Positions 1 to 8,735 of a stretch of DNA of 64,000 nucleotides are shown here, piece after piece. How positions within the stretch are numbered: the first letter of the stretch is position 1; each line of letters begins with the position of its first letter. The stretch lies in NCBI GenBank assembly GCA_044352465.1, contig JBILDU010000001.1:1-64000 (forward strand). Reading direction: 5' to 3'. Below the pieces are notes generated by a model. It made no database searches. It was given only the letters and a program-made list of their open reading frames with translations, and had not been told where the DNA came from. The translations under genes were made by a program, and so were the position numbers. This DNA comes from Bdellovibrionota bacterium (lineage in GTDB: Bacteria > Bdellovibrionota_C > UBA2361).

Positions 1-68
1 AGCTGCGGCGAGCCACGGGCTCTCCCTCCCGTCGCCTCGGTAAGCGCACCTAGGGGCGTTATCCTCGG

Positions 69-1610
69 CTACGACTGGGGCACAAAGATCACAAAAAGGT
101 TATCCTCGAAGACCTTCCGCCAGCGATCCGGGGAAAGGCCCATAAACTGGGCGAGTGGATAGTCTTTTTGCACGACTGCGACGTCCGGATCCCACTCAGC
201 GAGAGTCCCAAGCCACCCTCGCTTCGCTCCAAAGAGATCGAACGAGCGCTCAAAGTGTTCACCGGGAATGCCTTGCGTGCGATTATCAGTGGTCACCCGA
301 TAATCAGTCGTGGGATCACTTTCATAAAGCGCCCAACGACACCACCCCCCGTGATTAAAGTGAGTGAGGACCCGAATCGTCTGACTATCATTGCGTTGCT
401 TCATCGGCAAACGCGCCAGCGCGTGACACACCGAATACGGAACAAAGTCATCGATACGAGCATCGTTCGGGTGGATAAATGGATAGGTTATCCAACTCCG
501 ATAAGCACCCACTGTGGCTAAAGCGAGGCACCCGACAACGAGGGGTCGGACAAAAGTGCGTCGTCCAACGGTACATGGAAGTGGGTGACGAATAAGGTAG
601 GGAAGCACGAAGATCGCGGTTACGGCCACATACTTGATTCCCAAAACAGCCAGGACAAAGCCGGTGATCGCAGCAAGACCCGCTCCAGCATCAGCCAGAA
701 AGCGACGCCACCGCGCTGTTCGGCTGAAAAAAGCGAGATAGCTGAGCAGAATAAGCTGCACCCAACCGGTCCTACCAACCCCGGAGCGAAGCTCATTGAT
801 GGAATTCTTCAGTACCTCCGGCATCGTCAGATAGTCCCACACGAGCGCATAGTTTGAGAGCACACCTGCCCAATCCGGCGGAGTGCCCCAGAGCCCGTAT
901 GGGGAGATAAGGCCCGCACCTCCAAGCAAAAACATCCCTCCCCAGGCATACAACGGCGAGGGCGCGGAACGCCGGACGAGTCGGGGAGTAACTCGGTAAA
1001 GGAACCAAAGATAAGGAACGAAAACCCAGTAAACGTGAACGTTGACTCCGATGACAGTCACGACGAAAAGCACGGGGAGCTCGAACCACGCGGGTCGTCG
1101 CACGAGTAGGAGCGATGCGAGCGCCAGCAACAGGAGCGCCAGCATCTGCGGACGAATCGTCGCGATCTCTTGAATCAAAACAAATCCAGAGAGAACGATC
1201 AGGGTAGTGTAGGGACTGAGCGTCCCCCGCCGCGCACGGAGAGCCAGCCCAACAAGCGCGAGAAATAACGCGACACCAAGGAGCCCCAGCGTGACGCGTA
1301 AGAGCGTATAGCCGCCGTGTTCATACACCCAGGCAAGGAGCACCTGAGCGAGCCAGTGATAGTCGTGCCACTCTCGTCGAAAGAGATTTATGAAATCAGC
1401 GCGGGGAACCGCTCCATGCTCAAGAATCCAACGCCCCCCCAAGAGGTGCCACCCGAGATCGGGGTCATGGGCAGGCACTCCCCAAAGGCTGAGCCCCCAG
1501 GCGACAGCTAAGAGAATAAGGGAAGCTGCTAACCCCATAAAAACACGACATCGTGGTTCCAAGCTCCCCCCGCCAACAATTATACCGTGCGCCACGACCG
1601 GACACATCAT
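69..1610 (-). CDS. Polytopic membrane protein, probable GT-C-fold (lipid-linked sugar) glycosyltransferase-like
   Basis: About 10+ hydrophobic segments, N-terminal loop motif DPDLGWHLLGGRWI, RPQ motif and a soluble C-terminal domain; the true start may lie slightly downstream. Confidence 0.55.
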   Translation of the reverse strand: MMCPVVAHGIIVGGGSLEPRCRVFMGLAASLILLAVAWGLSLWGVPAHDPDLGWHLLGGRWILEHGAVPRADFINLFRREWHDYHWLAQVLLAWVYEHGGYTLLRVTLGLLGVALFLALVGLALRARRGTLSPYTTLIVLSGFVLIQEIATIRPQMLALLLLALASLLLVRRPAWFELPVLFVVTVIGVNVHVYWVFVPYLWFLYRVTPRLVRRSAPSPLYAWGGMFLLGGAGLISPYGLWGTPPDWAGVLSNYALVWDYLTMPEVLKNSINELRSGVGRTGWVQLILLSYLAFFSRTARWRRFLADAGAGLAAITGFVLAVLGIKYVAVTAIFVLPYLIRHPLPCTVGRRTFVRPLVVGCLALATVGAYRSWITYPFIHPNDARIDDFVPYSVCHALARLPMKQRNDSQTIRVLTHFNHGGWCRWALYESDPTTDYRVTTDNRTQGIPGEHFERSFDLFGAKRGWLGTLAEWDPDVAVVQKDYPLAQFMGLSPDRWRKVFEDNLFVIFVPQS

Positions 1611-1638
1611 TTTGAGCGCTCAGCAATTCTATTAAAAC

Positions 1639-1665
1639 TTGTGCGTTCCTCGGAAGTGCTATATT
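1639..1665 (+). promoter_or_regulatory. Putative promoter of the RiPP precursor (extended -10 TGcTATATT)
   Basis: TG-c-TATATT at 1657-1665, TTGTGC at 1639-1644 and a small inverted repeat TTCC-TC-GGAA in between. Confidence 0.3.
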
Positions 1666-1708
1666 CCTCAACAATCCTTTCTCTTTTTATTTTTATTTGA
1701 GAGATCAC

Positions 1709-1984
1709 ATGAATAAGAAGTTATTTTCGACTATCGCAGCTATGGCCGTCGGCACTATTGCAGCTTCCGGGCTGGTTCTTAACCCGAGCGCTGCATTCGC
1801 TGGGGAAGGCCATGAGCACGCTGCGGGAGAAAAGAGCTGTAGTGGTGAAAAGAGCTGCAGCGGCGAAAAGAAGTGCTCGGGTGACAAAGCCCACCAAGAG
1901 GGCGCATCGAAGTGTTCAGGCGAGAAGAGCGCCGAGGGCGATCACTCGTGCGGTAGCGCTGGCTGTAATGCTGAAAAACACTAG
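1709..1984 (+). CDS. Exported Cys-repeat RiPP precursor (HvfA/oxazolin-like MNIO substrate), 91 aa
   Basis: ATG at 1709; Sec-type signal peptide ending AFA; mature part has 6 Cys in EKSCSG, EKSCSG, EKKCSG, SKCSG, HSCGS, AGCN; directly upstream of a DUF692 gene. Confidence 0.85.
   Translation: MNKKLFSTIAAMAVGTIAASGLVLNPSAAFAGEGHEHAAGEKSCSGEKSCSGEKKCSGDKAHQEGASKCSGEKSAEGDHSCGSAGCNAEKH
1829..1882 (+). repeat. Three 18-bp coding tandem repeats (EK[S/K]CSG)
   Basis: gaaaagagctgtagtggt / gaaaagagctgcagcggc / gaaaagaagtgctcgggt. Confidence 0.85.
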
Positions 1985-1991
1985 CGGAGTT

Positions 1992-2028
1992 GTTCAAGAG
2001 TCCCCACCAAAGTGGGGACTTTTTGAAC
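1992..2028 (+). terminator. Stem-loop after the precursor gene
   Basis: gttcaagagtccccac-caaa-gtggggactttttgaac inverted repeat. Confidence 0.6.
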
Positions 2029-2045
2029 GCTTCCCTTGTGTGACG

Positions 2046-2079
2046 GGGATGACTTCGATCTTGAAGTCATCCCTTTTTT
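2046..2079 (+). terminator. Rho-independent terminator
   Basis: gggatgacttc-gatctt-gaagtcatccc perfect 11-bp stem followed by T6. Confidence 0.75.
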
Positions 2080-2207
2080 ATTAGACGCTACCTTTAAATA
2101 CCCTCTCGAGGGATCACGGAGACTATTTCTGTCCCCGAAATTTCTATCCCCGAGGAAGAGACGTAAAAAACATTTCGAGATCCACGAAACCGAGTCGTTA
2201 CTCTCCT

Positions 2208-3065
2208 ATGCGAAACTTCAATCTCCCGGTCCTGGGTGGCGGTATCGGCCTTCGCCATAAATACTTCGAGGAGATCCTCGAGAAACGTCCCCGCTGTAAC
2301 TGGCTCGAGATAATCATCGATGATTTCGTCGGGGAGGGGGGGCGAGATGTTGGCTACCTCCACAAAATTCGGGAACACTACCCAATTATCGGTCACGGGG
2401 TCTGTTGCTCGCTTGGGTCAACCGATCCCCTCGACATCCCCTACATCAAAAGGCTCAAAACGGTACTCGACTCGATCGACTCCCCCTGGTTCTCCGATCA
2501 CCTCTGCTTTACCATGGTTGACCATACGAACCTCAACGATCTGATCCCACTGCCTTTCACGAGCGAAGCTGTCGACAATGTCGTGAACCGCATCAAAATT
2601 ATCCAGGACATCATCGAGCGTCCCTTTCTTGTTGAGAACGTCACCCGCTACCTTACGGTCTCCTCGCGTGAAATGAACGAACACGAGTTCCTGACCGCTG
2701 TTCTCGAGGGGGCAGATTGTGGGCTCCTGCTTGACGTCACCAACATCTATCTCAACACCCAGTTTCACCACGACGACCCAATCGCGTTCATCAAGTCGAT
2801 CCCATACCACCGCATCGGCCAGATGCACCTTGCCGGATGGACCCCAGCGGACGATGGCACCATTATCGATAGCCACGATGCGCCGGTGACACCCGACGTG
2901 TGGAATCTTTTCCGCGATATCATACGGATCACCGGACCGTCTGCGGTTCTCGTCGAATGGGATAACGCACTCCCACCTCTGGAACGCCTCTTGGCTGAAG
3001 CCACTGCAGCGGATCAGGCCCTGATTGAGGTTTGTGGCGCCAGCGCTCTCGGAAGGGCCGCCTGA
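2208..3065 (+). CDS. Multinuclear non-heme iron-dependent oxidative enzyme (MNIO, DUF692; HvfB/BufB family)
   Basis: GIGLR start, HGVCCSLGS, SDHLC, ENV, LLLDVTNIY, HLAG, IDSH and VEWD motifs typical of DUF692. Confidence 0.93.
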   Translation: MRNFNLPVLGGGIGLRHKYFEEILEKRPRCNWLEIIIDDFVGEGGRDVGYLHKIREHYPIIGHGVCCSLGSTDPLDIPYIKRLKTVLDSIDSPWFSDHLCFTMVDHTNLNDLIPLPFTSEAVDNVVNRIKIIQDIIERPFLVENVTRYLTVSSREMNEHEFLTAVLEGADCGLLLDVTNIYLNTQFHHDDPIAFIKSIPYHRIGQMHLAGWTPADDGTIIDSHDAPVTPDVWNLFRDIIRITGPSAVLVEWDNALPPLERLLAEATAADQALIEVCGASALGRAA

Positions 3066-4021
3066 TGGGCCTCCCCGGAGTTCTGTCGGCGATGCGTCAG
3101 ATTATTCTCGATCTTCGCGAGCTTCCACACGACCAAGCTCAACGCGCAGCCCTCTACCACCAGCTTTTCCCGAACCTCTCAACCCACGAGGTTGAGGACC
3201 TCGCCGCAATCGAGGAGAAGTACTGGCGCAGATACACACACAGTATCTTTGCCGGCGAACGCAATATCTTGACCCGGTACTTCGAGGTTACTTTTGCTCT
3301 TCTCCGGAGGCATTGGCAGGAATTCTCCACGGAACCGTTCAACTCACTCGAGTTAACCCGAGATATTCACACGAAAAGACCGTGGCAAAGTCACGCCTCA
3401 CTGCGACTTGCCGAATGCTTGCTTGAATATTTGACCCGCGACCGCGCCGAGATCGCCAAGCGCTATCCCGCTATCAAGGCGATGGCAGAGCTCGAGATCG
3501 TAGCCGTTGAGCTACGCTCTGCGCGAGACGACCACTACGGGCCGTACGATTCCCTCACCGAGGACGACTTCGCCAAGACGACGGTAGGGGAGCTCATGAC
3601 GAGCAACTACTACCTTCCGAGCTCCCTTCGATTTCGTACTTTTTCGATCAACGCTCCTGAGCTTCGTGCCTCGTACTACCGCAATGGCGAAACCCTTCCC
3701 GCCGATATCCCCCAGAGCCCAACGACGGCGATAGCGGCGCGAAATCGTGACGGTTTTGTCCGTTGGATTACCGTGCCCGAGCCGCTCTATCGTTTTCTTG
3801 AAGCACAGCCGCGCACGACGAGGCTTCAGCTCGAGACACTCGCCGAAGCGTTCACCCAGACCCTCGACCAAGATCTTTCTGACGAAGCGATGTTCAGCCG
3901 ATTCTACCGATTCCTCCAGGAGCTGATGAATGCTGGGACAGTGATCTTCCTTGCACCGGACATCAGCTCCGCGGCAGAGCCAAAAGACTCCACCTCTCCG
4001 TCTGAGAAACCACTTCTCTAG
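3065..4021 (+). CDS. MNIO partner / precursor-recognition protein (DUF2063, HvfC/BufC-like, divergent)
   Basis: ATG overlaps the MNIO stop (TGATG); RRYTHSIFAGERNILTRYFEVTFALL and MAELEIVAVEL resemble DUF2063 partner motifs. Confidence 0.7.
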   Translation: MGLPGVLSAMRQIILDLRELPHDQAQRAALYHQLFPNLSTHEVEDLAAIEEKYWRRYTHSIFAGERNILTRYFEVTFALLRRHWQEFSTEPFNSLELTRDIHTKRPWQSHASLRLAECLLEYLTRDRAEIAKRYPAIKAMAELEIVAVELRSARDDHYGPYDSLTEDDFAKTTVGELMTSNYYLPSSLRFRTFSINAPELRASYYRNGETLPADIPQSPTTAIAARNRDGFVRWITVPEPLYRFLEAQPRTTRLQLETLAEAFTQTLDQDLSDEAMFSRFYRFLQELMNAGTVIFLAPDISSAAEPKDSTSPSEKPLL

Positions 4022-4056
4022 GGGCTATTTCCAAGACGGCTTCTGGGGAAGCCCAA

Positions 4057-4452
4057 TCAGGAGTCCCCACGAATCGGAATAGGGTGCTGTTGCTCGTCGA
4101 CCGCAACCATGACGACCTCGGCCGACGTAACCTTGATCGTCCGGCGATTGCCGATGCCCCGTTCAGCTTCAACGTCAACCCTAATCGTGACAGAAGTAGT
4201 ACCCAGTCGCAGCGTCTTTGCGTAAAAGCTCACCGTATCACCAACACTCACCGGGGCGATGAACTCAACCTCACGCATTACTTTGGTCACATAACGCTTC
4301 GGCGCAATCGTGCGTGCGTGCTGCCCGGCTGCAAGGTCGATCAGGCTCAGGATGTGCCCCCCAAAGATACTTCCAAGGCCGTTGGTATCACGAGGCATCA
4401 TCACCGTTCGTATGGCGACGTCTCGACTCGCTTTTCCTTTACTCTTTTCCAT
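4057..4452 (-). CDS. Acyl-CoA thioesterase (hotdog fold, YciA-like)
   Basis: MPRDTNGLGSIFGGHILSLIDLAA motif. Confidence 0.9.
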   Translation of the reverse strand: MEKSKGKASRDVAIRTVMMPRDTNGLGSIFGGHILSLIDLAAGQHARTIAPKRYVTKVMREVEFIAPVSVGDTVSFYAKTLRLGTTSVTIRVDVEAERGIGNRRTIKVTSAEVVMVAVDEQQHPIPIRGDS

Positions 4453-4623
4453 AAGCTTCTCCGTTCTTACAGCGCCGTAACTATAGCTCCCTGGCTCGAT
4501 TTACTGAAAGTTCTATTCGCTTGTGATATGATTAAAATTCGATGCCGCCCGGTCGGCGCGCCGCATCGCCATGCCCGCGCGTATGGCGTTCGTTCGAGCA
4601 GCCGGGTGGGGAAGAGACAGCGT

Positions 4624-6429
4624 ATGGATGCAACCGGGCGACGGCTTCTCGATCACCGCACATTTTGGTCAAGCCTCCTCGTCATTCTCGCGGGTATGAT
4701 ACTCCTCGGGATACTGCCCCTCCTGATGAGTGACATCCGCCACCGTGGCATCCCGTACCTCCTGATTCCCCATCTCGGGGTGATGCTCCTCGTCGCAGGG
4801 AGTGGGCTCCATTATATCTATACACTGACCCGTTCGGTGCGGTGGTCACCTGTCCTTAGTATTTGCGCGCTCGCGGTGCCCGCGGTCAGTATGATCATCT
4901 TGGCGCGCCCGCCCGCAGTTGAGGAGGCCGCCATATCGCACTACCTGACTTTACCCAAGTGGTGGATCGACTCCGGCGCGATGAAGCCCTCGCTGTGGTA
5001 TGCACCCTCGCTCTATCCGTTTCTTCCAGGGCTCGCGTTTCTTGAGCCTATCGCTCGGGGCCGAGCTGAACTCATCTCCCTCTATCTTGCCCTCCACCTC
5101 GTAACGCTGTCGATGCTCGTTGGCCGCTTCGTTGAGCACCGCACCCATCGACGGGAGTCCGCGTGGCTTGCTTGCGTTTTTACCGTGTCCCTCCCGCTCT
5201 GTGTCCGCGCGACCACAACTCCATGGCCTGACCTCCTGGCGACACTCTTTGTCACGATCGCGTGCATCCTTTTGGTAGACTGGATTGAGGCGGGGGGCCT
5301 CCGCCAGCTTTGGCTTGGTGGGGCAGCACTCGGCCTTGCGGCAGGATGTTCAAGTGGTGGAGCTCTCGCGCTCCTGGCCGTACCGCTCGCACTATTCTTC
5401 GGCGCTCGCTCCCAAGGGACGAACGGATGGCGTGCCCTGGGGGCAAGCACCTCCGTGTTCGTGATAGCGATACTGACCCTCTCTCCGTGGCTTATTCGAA
5501 GTGGGATCTGGCTCTCGAATCCGTTTTTCCCCCTCTTCGGTCGTGTTTTCGGCTCCGAAGCTCTCATCGTTGGAACGACGTGGCGCCCTGCACTTGAGCA
5601 CGGGCTCCTTCATCTGGGAGAGACCGGAGCACGGGCGATCGTTGCGCCGCTCGTCGCGGTGCTCCTTCCCCACGAGGGGATATTCGGTCGATATGACCTT
5701 ACCGGCGGGATCCTCACGCTCGGAGCGCTCTTCGCTTTTATACGTTACCGCGGCCACCCTTGGGTCATCTTCTTCGGACTCACAACGCTTTTTTTTCTCC
5801 TCCTCGGAGCGCTCTTCAGGCTAGAAGCATCGCGGGTCTACCTCCCCCTCGCCCTGCCGCTCATTACCATGACTATCCTCGGACTAGGAGCACTGGGAAC
5901 TTTTTTTAAACGCCGCTTCGAACGGGCTTTTATTGGTACGATATTCGCTACCTATCTCGTTATCTTCACCCTCGATGCCGCACACCGAATAGTCGCCTTC
6001 GGCGCGCTGGCCTATCGCGGTGATACGGTATCGTACCTTCGGCGGAACCTACCTCACTACCCGATCGTTGAGACGATTAATCACGCAGTGGGACGGGATG
6101 AGTACGTCTATAACCTTCTTGCCACGAGCGCACTCGCCTATGTGCAGCCGCGGGTCATCACCGGCGGCGTCGAACAAGACGCCCAGATCCTCGTGTGGCT
6201 CCGCAACGCGGCAACCACCCAGATGCTCGCCCAAGAATTTATCCACCGCGGGATTCACTACCTCGCGGTTGACACGGCACAAGTCGAAGCGCGCATCATC
6301 ACCGAACTCACCCCGCGCGAGTTGGCGTTGTGGAGCGATTTTAAGCGCGCTCACCTCACCCCGATCGACGCGGCTGGAGCGGTCGAGCTTCACCGGATAT
6401 CAGCAGCCCCCGCCAGCCCACCTCGATAG
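4624..6429 (+). CDS. Polytopic membrane protein, probable GT-C/PMT-like glycosyltransferase
   Basis: Likely start ATG 4624 (the ORF-track extension overlaps the thioesterase); HYLTLPK and PWLIRSGIWLSNPFFP motifs; many TM segments. Confidence 0.55.
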   Translation: MDATGRRLLDHRTFWSSLLVILAGMILLGILPLLMSDIRHRGIPYLLIPHLGVMLLVAGSGLHYIYTLTRSVRWSPVLSICALAVPAVSMIILARPPAVEEAAISHYLTLPKWWIDSGAMKPSLWYAPSLYPFLPGLAFLEPIARGRAELISLYLALHLVTLSMLVGRFVEHRTHRRESAWLACVFTVSLPLCVRATTTPWPDLLATLFVTIACILLVDWIEAGGLRQLWLGGAALGLAAGCSSGGALALLAVPLALFFGARSQGTNGWRALGASTSVFVIAILTLSPWLIRSGIWLSNPFFPLFGRVFGSEALIVGTTWRPALEHGLLHLGETGARAIVAPLVAVLLPHEGIFGRYDLTGGILTLGALFAFIRYRGHPWVIFFGLTTLFFLLLGALFRLEASRVYLPLALPLITMTILGLGALGTFFKRRFERAFIGTIFATYLVIFTLDAAHRIVAFGALAYRGDTVSYLRRNLPHYPIVETINHAVGRDEYVYNLLATSALAYVQPRVITGGVEQDAQILVWLRNAATTQMLAQEFIHRGIHYLAVDTAQVEARIITELTPRELALWSDFKRAHLTPIDAAGAVELHRISAAPASPPR

Positions 6430-6578
6430 CCACACAGCGACCCACAACAAGGCAAAGGCGAGCGCTCGGGAAACCAATAAGATCGGTCAATTCAACACGA
6501 TACCTTCCCGTCATAAAAATACTCAAGAAATCTGCGAATTATGACGATTTTCGAATTGACGGTTTAGGAATCGATTTT

Positions 6579-6980
6579 ATGCGTGTATTAATCGTCGATA
6601 AAGAGAAGGAAAGCGTTGCCCTCCTGTGGTCGAACCTGACAGCGCTCGGGGACCTCACGGTCGTCAATGACGGAGAGACGGCGTACAACGCCTTCTGCGC
6701 CGCAATTGATGACGGAAAGCCGTTTGATCTTGTTTGCCTCGATACGAACCTCCCCCAGGTTGATGGAATCGACCTGCTCGCCGGCTTACGCCAATACGAA
6801 GAATCTCAAGGTATCGTCGCAAAGGCTGGGGCCAAGATATTGGTGACCACTCAAGTGTGCAGCATCGACAATTACTACGCCGCCTCAAGCGCTGGATGCA
6901 CCACCTTCCTCTGTAAGCCCCTCGATTGGGATAAAATAGCCCGCGAGCTGAGCCGCCTCGGCGTTTTAACCCCACCGTAA
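6579..6980 (+). CDS. Single-domain response regulator (CheY-like)
   Basis: RVLIVD, DLVCLD, LPQVDG and FLCKP receiver motifs. Confidence 0.85.
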   Translation: MRVLIVDKEKESVALLWSNLTALGDLTVVNDGETAYNAFCAAIDDGKPFDLVCLDTNLPQVDGIDLLAGLRQYEESQGIVAKAGAKILVTTQVCSIDNYYAASSAGCTTFLCKPLDWDKIARELSRLGVLTPP

Positions 6981-7110
6981 ATCTCTGCTCGTGAGCATCG
7001 TAAGGACGTAGCCTGGCACCCCGCTCGGGCGCCGTTCTATGAGTTTTATCGCCCGGTTTCCATTTGGGAGCGCTCGATTTCCCTGGTGTACCTTCGGGCT
7101 CCATTCGGCT

Positions 7111-7238
7111 GCGCTCGACTCGACTGAGCTCGCCGAAGTCACGGTCGAAGCCAGATACCTGCGCTTCGCTCCGGCATCGACGCGGCAGTCCTGGCCGCAC
7201 TCGTATCCCGTCCCCGAAACCCCTGGCAGGTAAAAAAG
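7111..7238. repeat. Dispersed structured intergenic repeat, copy 1
   Basis: 7121-7210 aligns ungapped with 57700-57789 at 70/90 identity; shared GGCAGGTRAAAAAG end. Confidence 0.75.
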
Positions 7239-7454
7239 TACTGGACGGGCTCCGCGCATCATAACCATGCTACGATCACTATCGTTACGGTTCGCACCAT
7301 AAGTGGCCGATAGGTGGTATACACCGCGAGGAGCGGCGCATGTGAGCAGCTTTTAGATAACGCAGCTCTCTCGCGTCGGGACCGCTCAACGCCACGCTCC
7401 ACGCCGCTGAAATCGGACCAGGGGAGGGGTTTTAATGGGGATTATTGAGGTTTT

Positions 7455-8735
7455 TTGAGTTCATTTCGTCTCGCCATCGCACTTCTTAAGATCCCGCGAC
7501 TCTTCGGATCGCTTTTTCTTTTTCCGCTGCTTATCAGCGTCGTTGTCGTCGCGCTCCAGATCGTCTTCACCGCACTGATGGTACGGAGCATCTCCACCAA
7601 TACCACGCCGGTCACTGAGCGGGTTGAGCGGACGAAAGATCTGAACTTTGGCCGATTACTCCTGTACGGGAATGGCGAACCCCTCCCGCCCGTGCGCCTC
7701 TGTCGGTGGCGCGAAATCGTGCACAACGGGGAGAACGTGGAGGTGCCTCCCACCAGCGACTGTCGCCCCGGCCGGCTCGACATCGCGCTCCACGTTACGG
7801 ATCCAGCCACCTTCGATCCGACCAGTTACCAAGCTGCTTTTAACGGAAACATCGAGCAGCTCCACCTTTGCAAACGGTGTCGCCCCGATATCGTTATCAC
7901 CCTGACCGACGGATCTGTCCGATCCGATATCCGCAGCGTCTGGGCTCTCGTTGTGGTGAATATGATCCGTTTTAATCCGAGCCAATATCTCGACAGTCTC
8001 AAGGAGATCGAGCAGGTGAGTGAGATATTTGGGCAACGTACCTTGCATCTCACAGGGTTCGAGGATTCGATCGATATGACTCGAACCTATACGATGCTGG
8101 CAATAACGATTAACTTCGCCGGGATCATTATTATCGCCCTGTGGCTCGCCCTCAAAGCCCACCGCAAGGTGCTCGACTATTTCTCTCAGAGCGGCGCATT
8201 ACTGCCGATGGTTGCAGCGACCGGGCACGCGACGTTCTACGGGGCCATTTGGGCGCTCACGTTGTGTCGAGTGGGAGCATTTTTCGGCGCCGCTATTCCC
8301 ATGACCTATTTCGGATTTGTGGCGATACTCGAAAGAGACGACCTCGCAGCGTTCTTTTTCGGTGGTCGGGTACTCGCATGGCTTCTCGCCCTTACGGCGA
8401 GTTTGGCCCTCGCGACTCTCATCGCTTCCATCGCCGAGCTCAAACATCGCCATTCAATAATGAGCTTCGCTTACAAGTACGTTCCGATCGCTATCTGCTT
8501 CCTCGGCGGGATTATCTGGGCAGGCACGTTTCTCCTTGAATCGACGGGCGCTCTTTTCTTGCGCTCTACGGTTACTGCATTACCCCTCCTCGGCACCCCG
8601 GCGATCCTCCTTGGTCCGGTCTTTCGCCCGAGTACGGCGACGCTCATGATTCACCTCTGCTCGAGCAGCGCGCTCCTCTTTTTGGCACTACGATATAATA
8701 GTCGGTGGTTTGCGGCTCACCTCGAGGAGATCTAA
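7455..8735 (+). CDS. Membrane protein, probable ABC exporter permease with a Cys-containing extracytoplasmic domain
   Basis: N-terminal TM, soluble domain, then about 6 TMs; stop overlaps the ATG of the ABC ATPase. Confidence 0.6.
   Translation: MSSFRLAIALLKIPRLFGSLFLFPLLISVVVVALQIVFTALMVRSISTNTTPVTERVERTKDLNFGRLLLYGNGEPLPPVRLCRWREIVHNGENVEVPPTSDCRPGRLDIALHVTDPATFDPTSYQAAFNGNIEQLHLCKRCRPDIVITLTDGSVRSDIRSVWALVVVNMIRFNPSQYLDSLKEIEQVSEIFGQRTLHLTGFEDSIDMTRTYTMLAITINFAGIIIIALWLALKAHRKVLDYFSQSGALLPMVAATGHATFYGAIWALTLCRVGAFFGAAIPMTYFGFVAILERDDLAAFFFGGRVLAWLLALTASLALATLIASIAELKHRHSIMSFAYKYVPIAICFLGGIIWAGTFLLESTGALFLRSTVTALPLLGTPAILLGPVFRPSTATLMIHLCSSSALLFLALRYNSRWFAAHLEEI

Noticed and set aside
1709..1984. 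Selenocysteine-containing precursor
   Set aside because: No in-frame TGA; the gene ends in TAG
4084..4623. N-terminal 180 aa of the 781-aa ORF
   Set aside because: Overlaps the thioesterase antisense and the divergent promoter gap; the real start is more likely 4624
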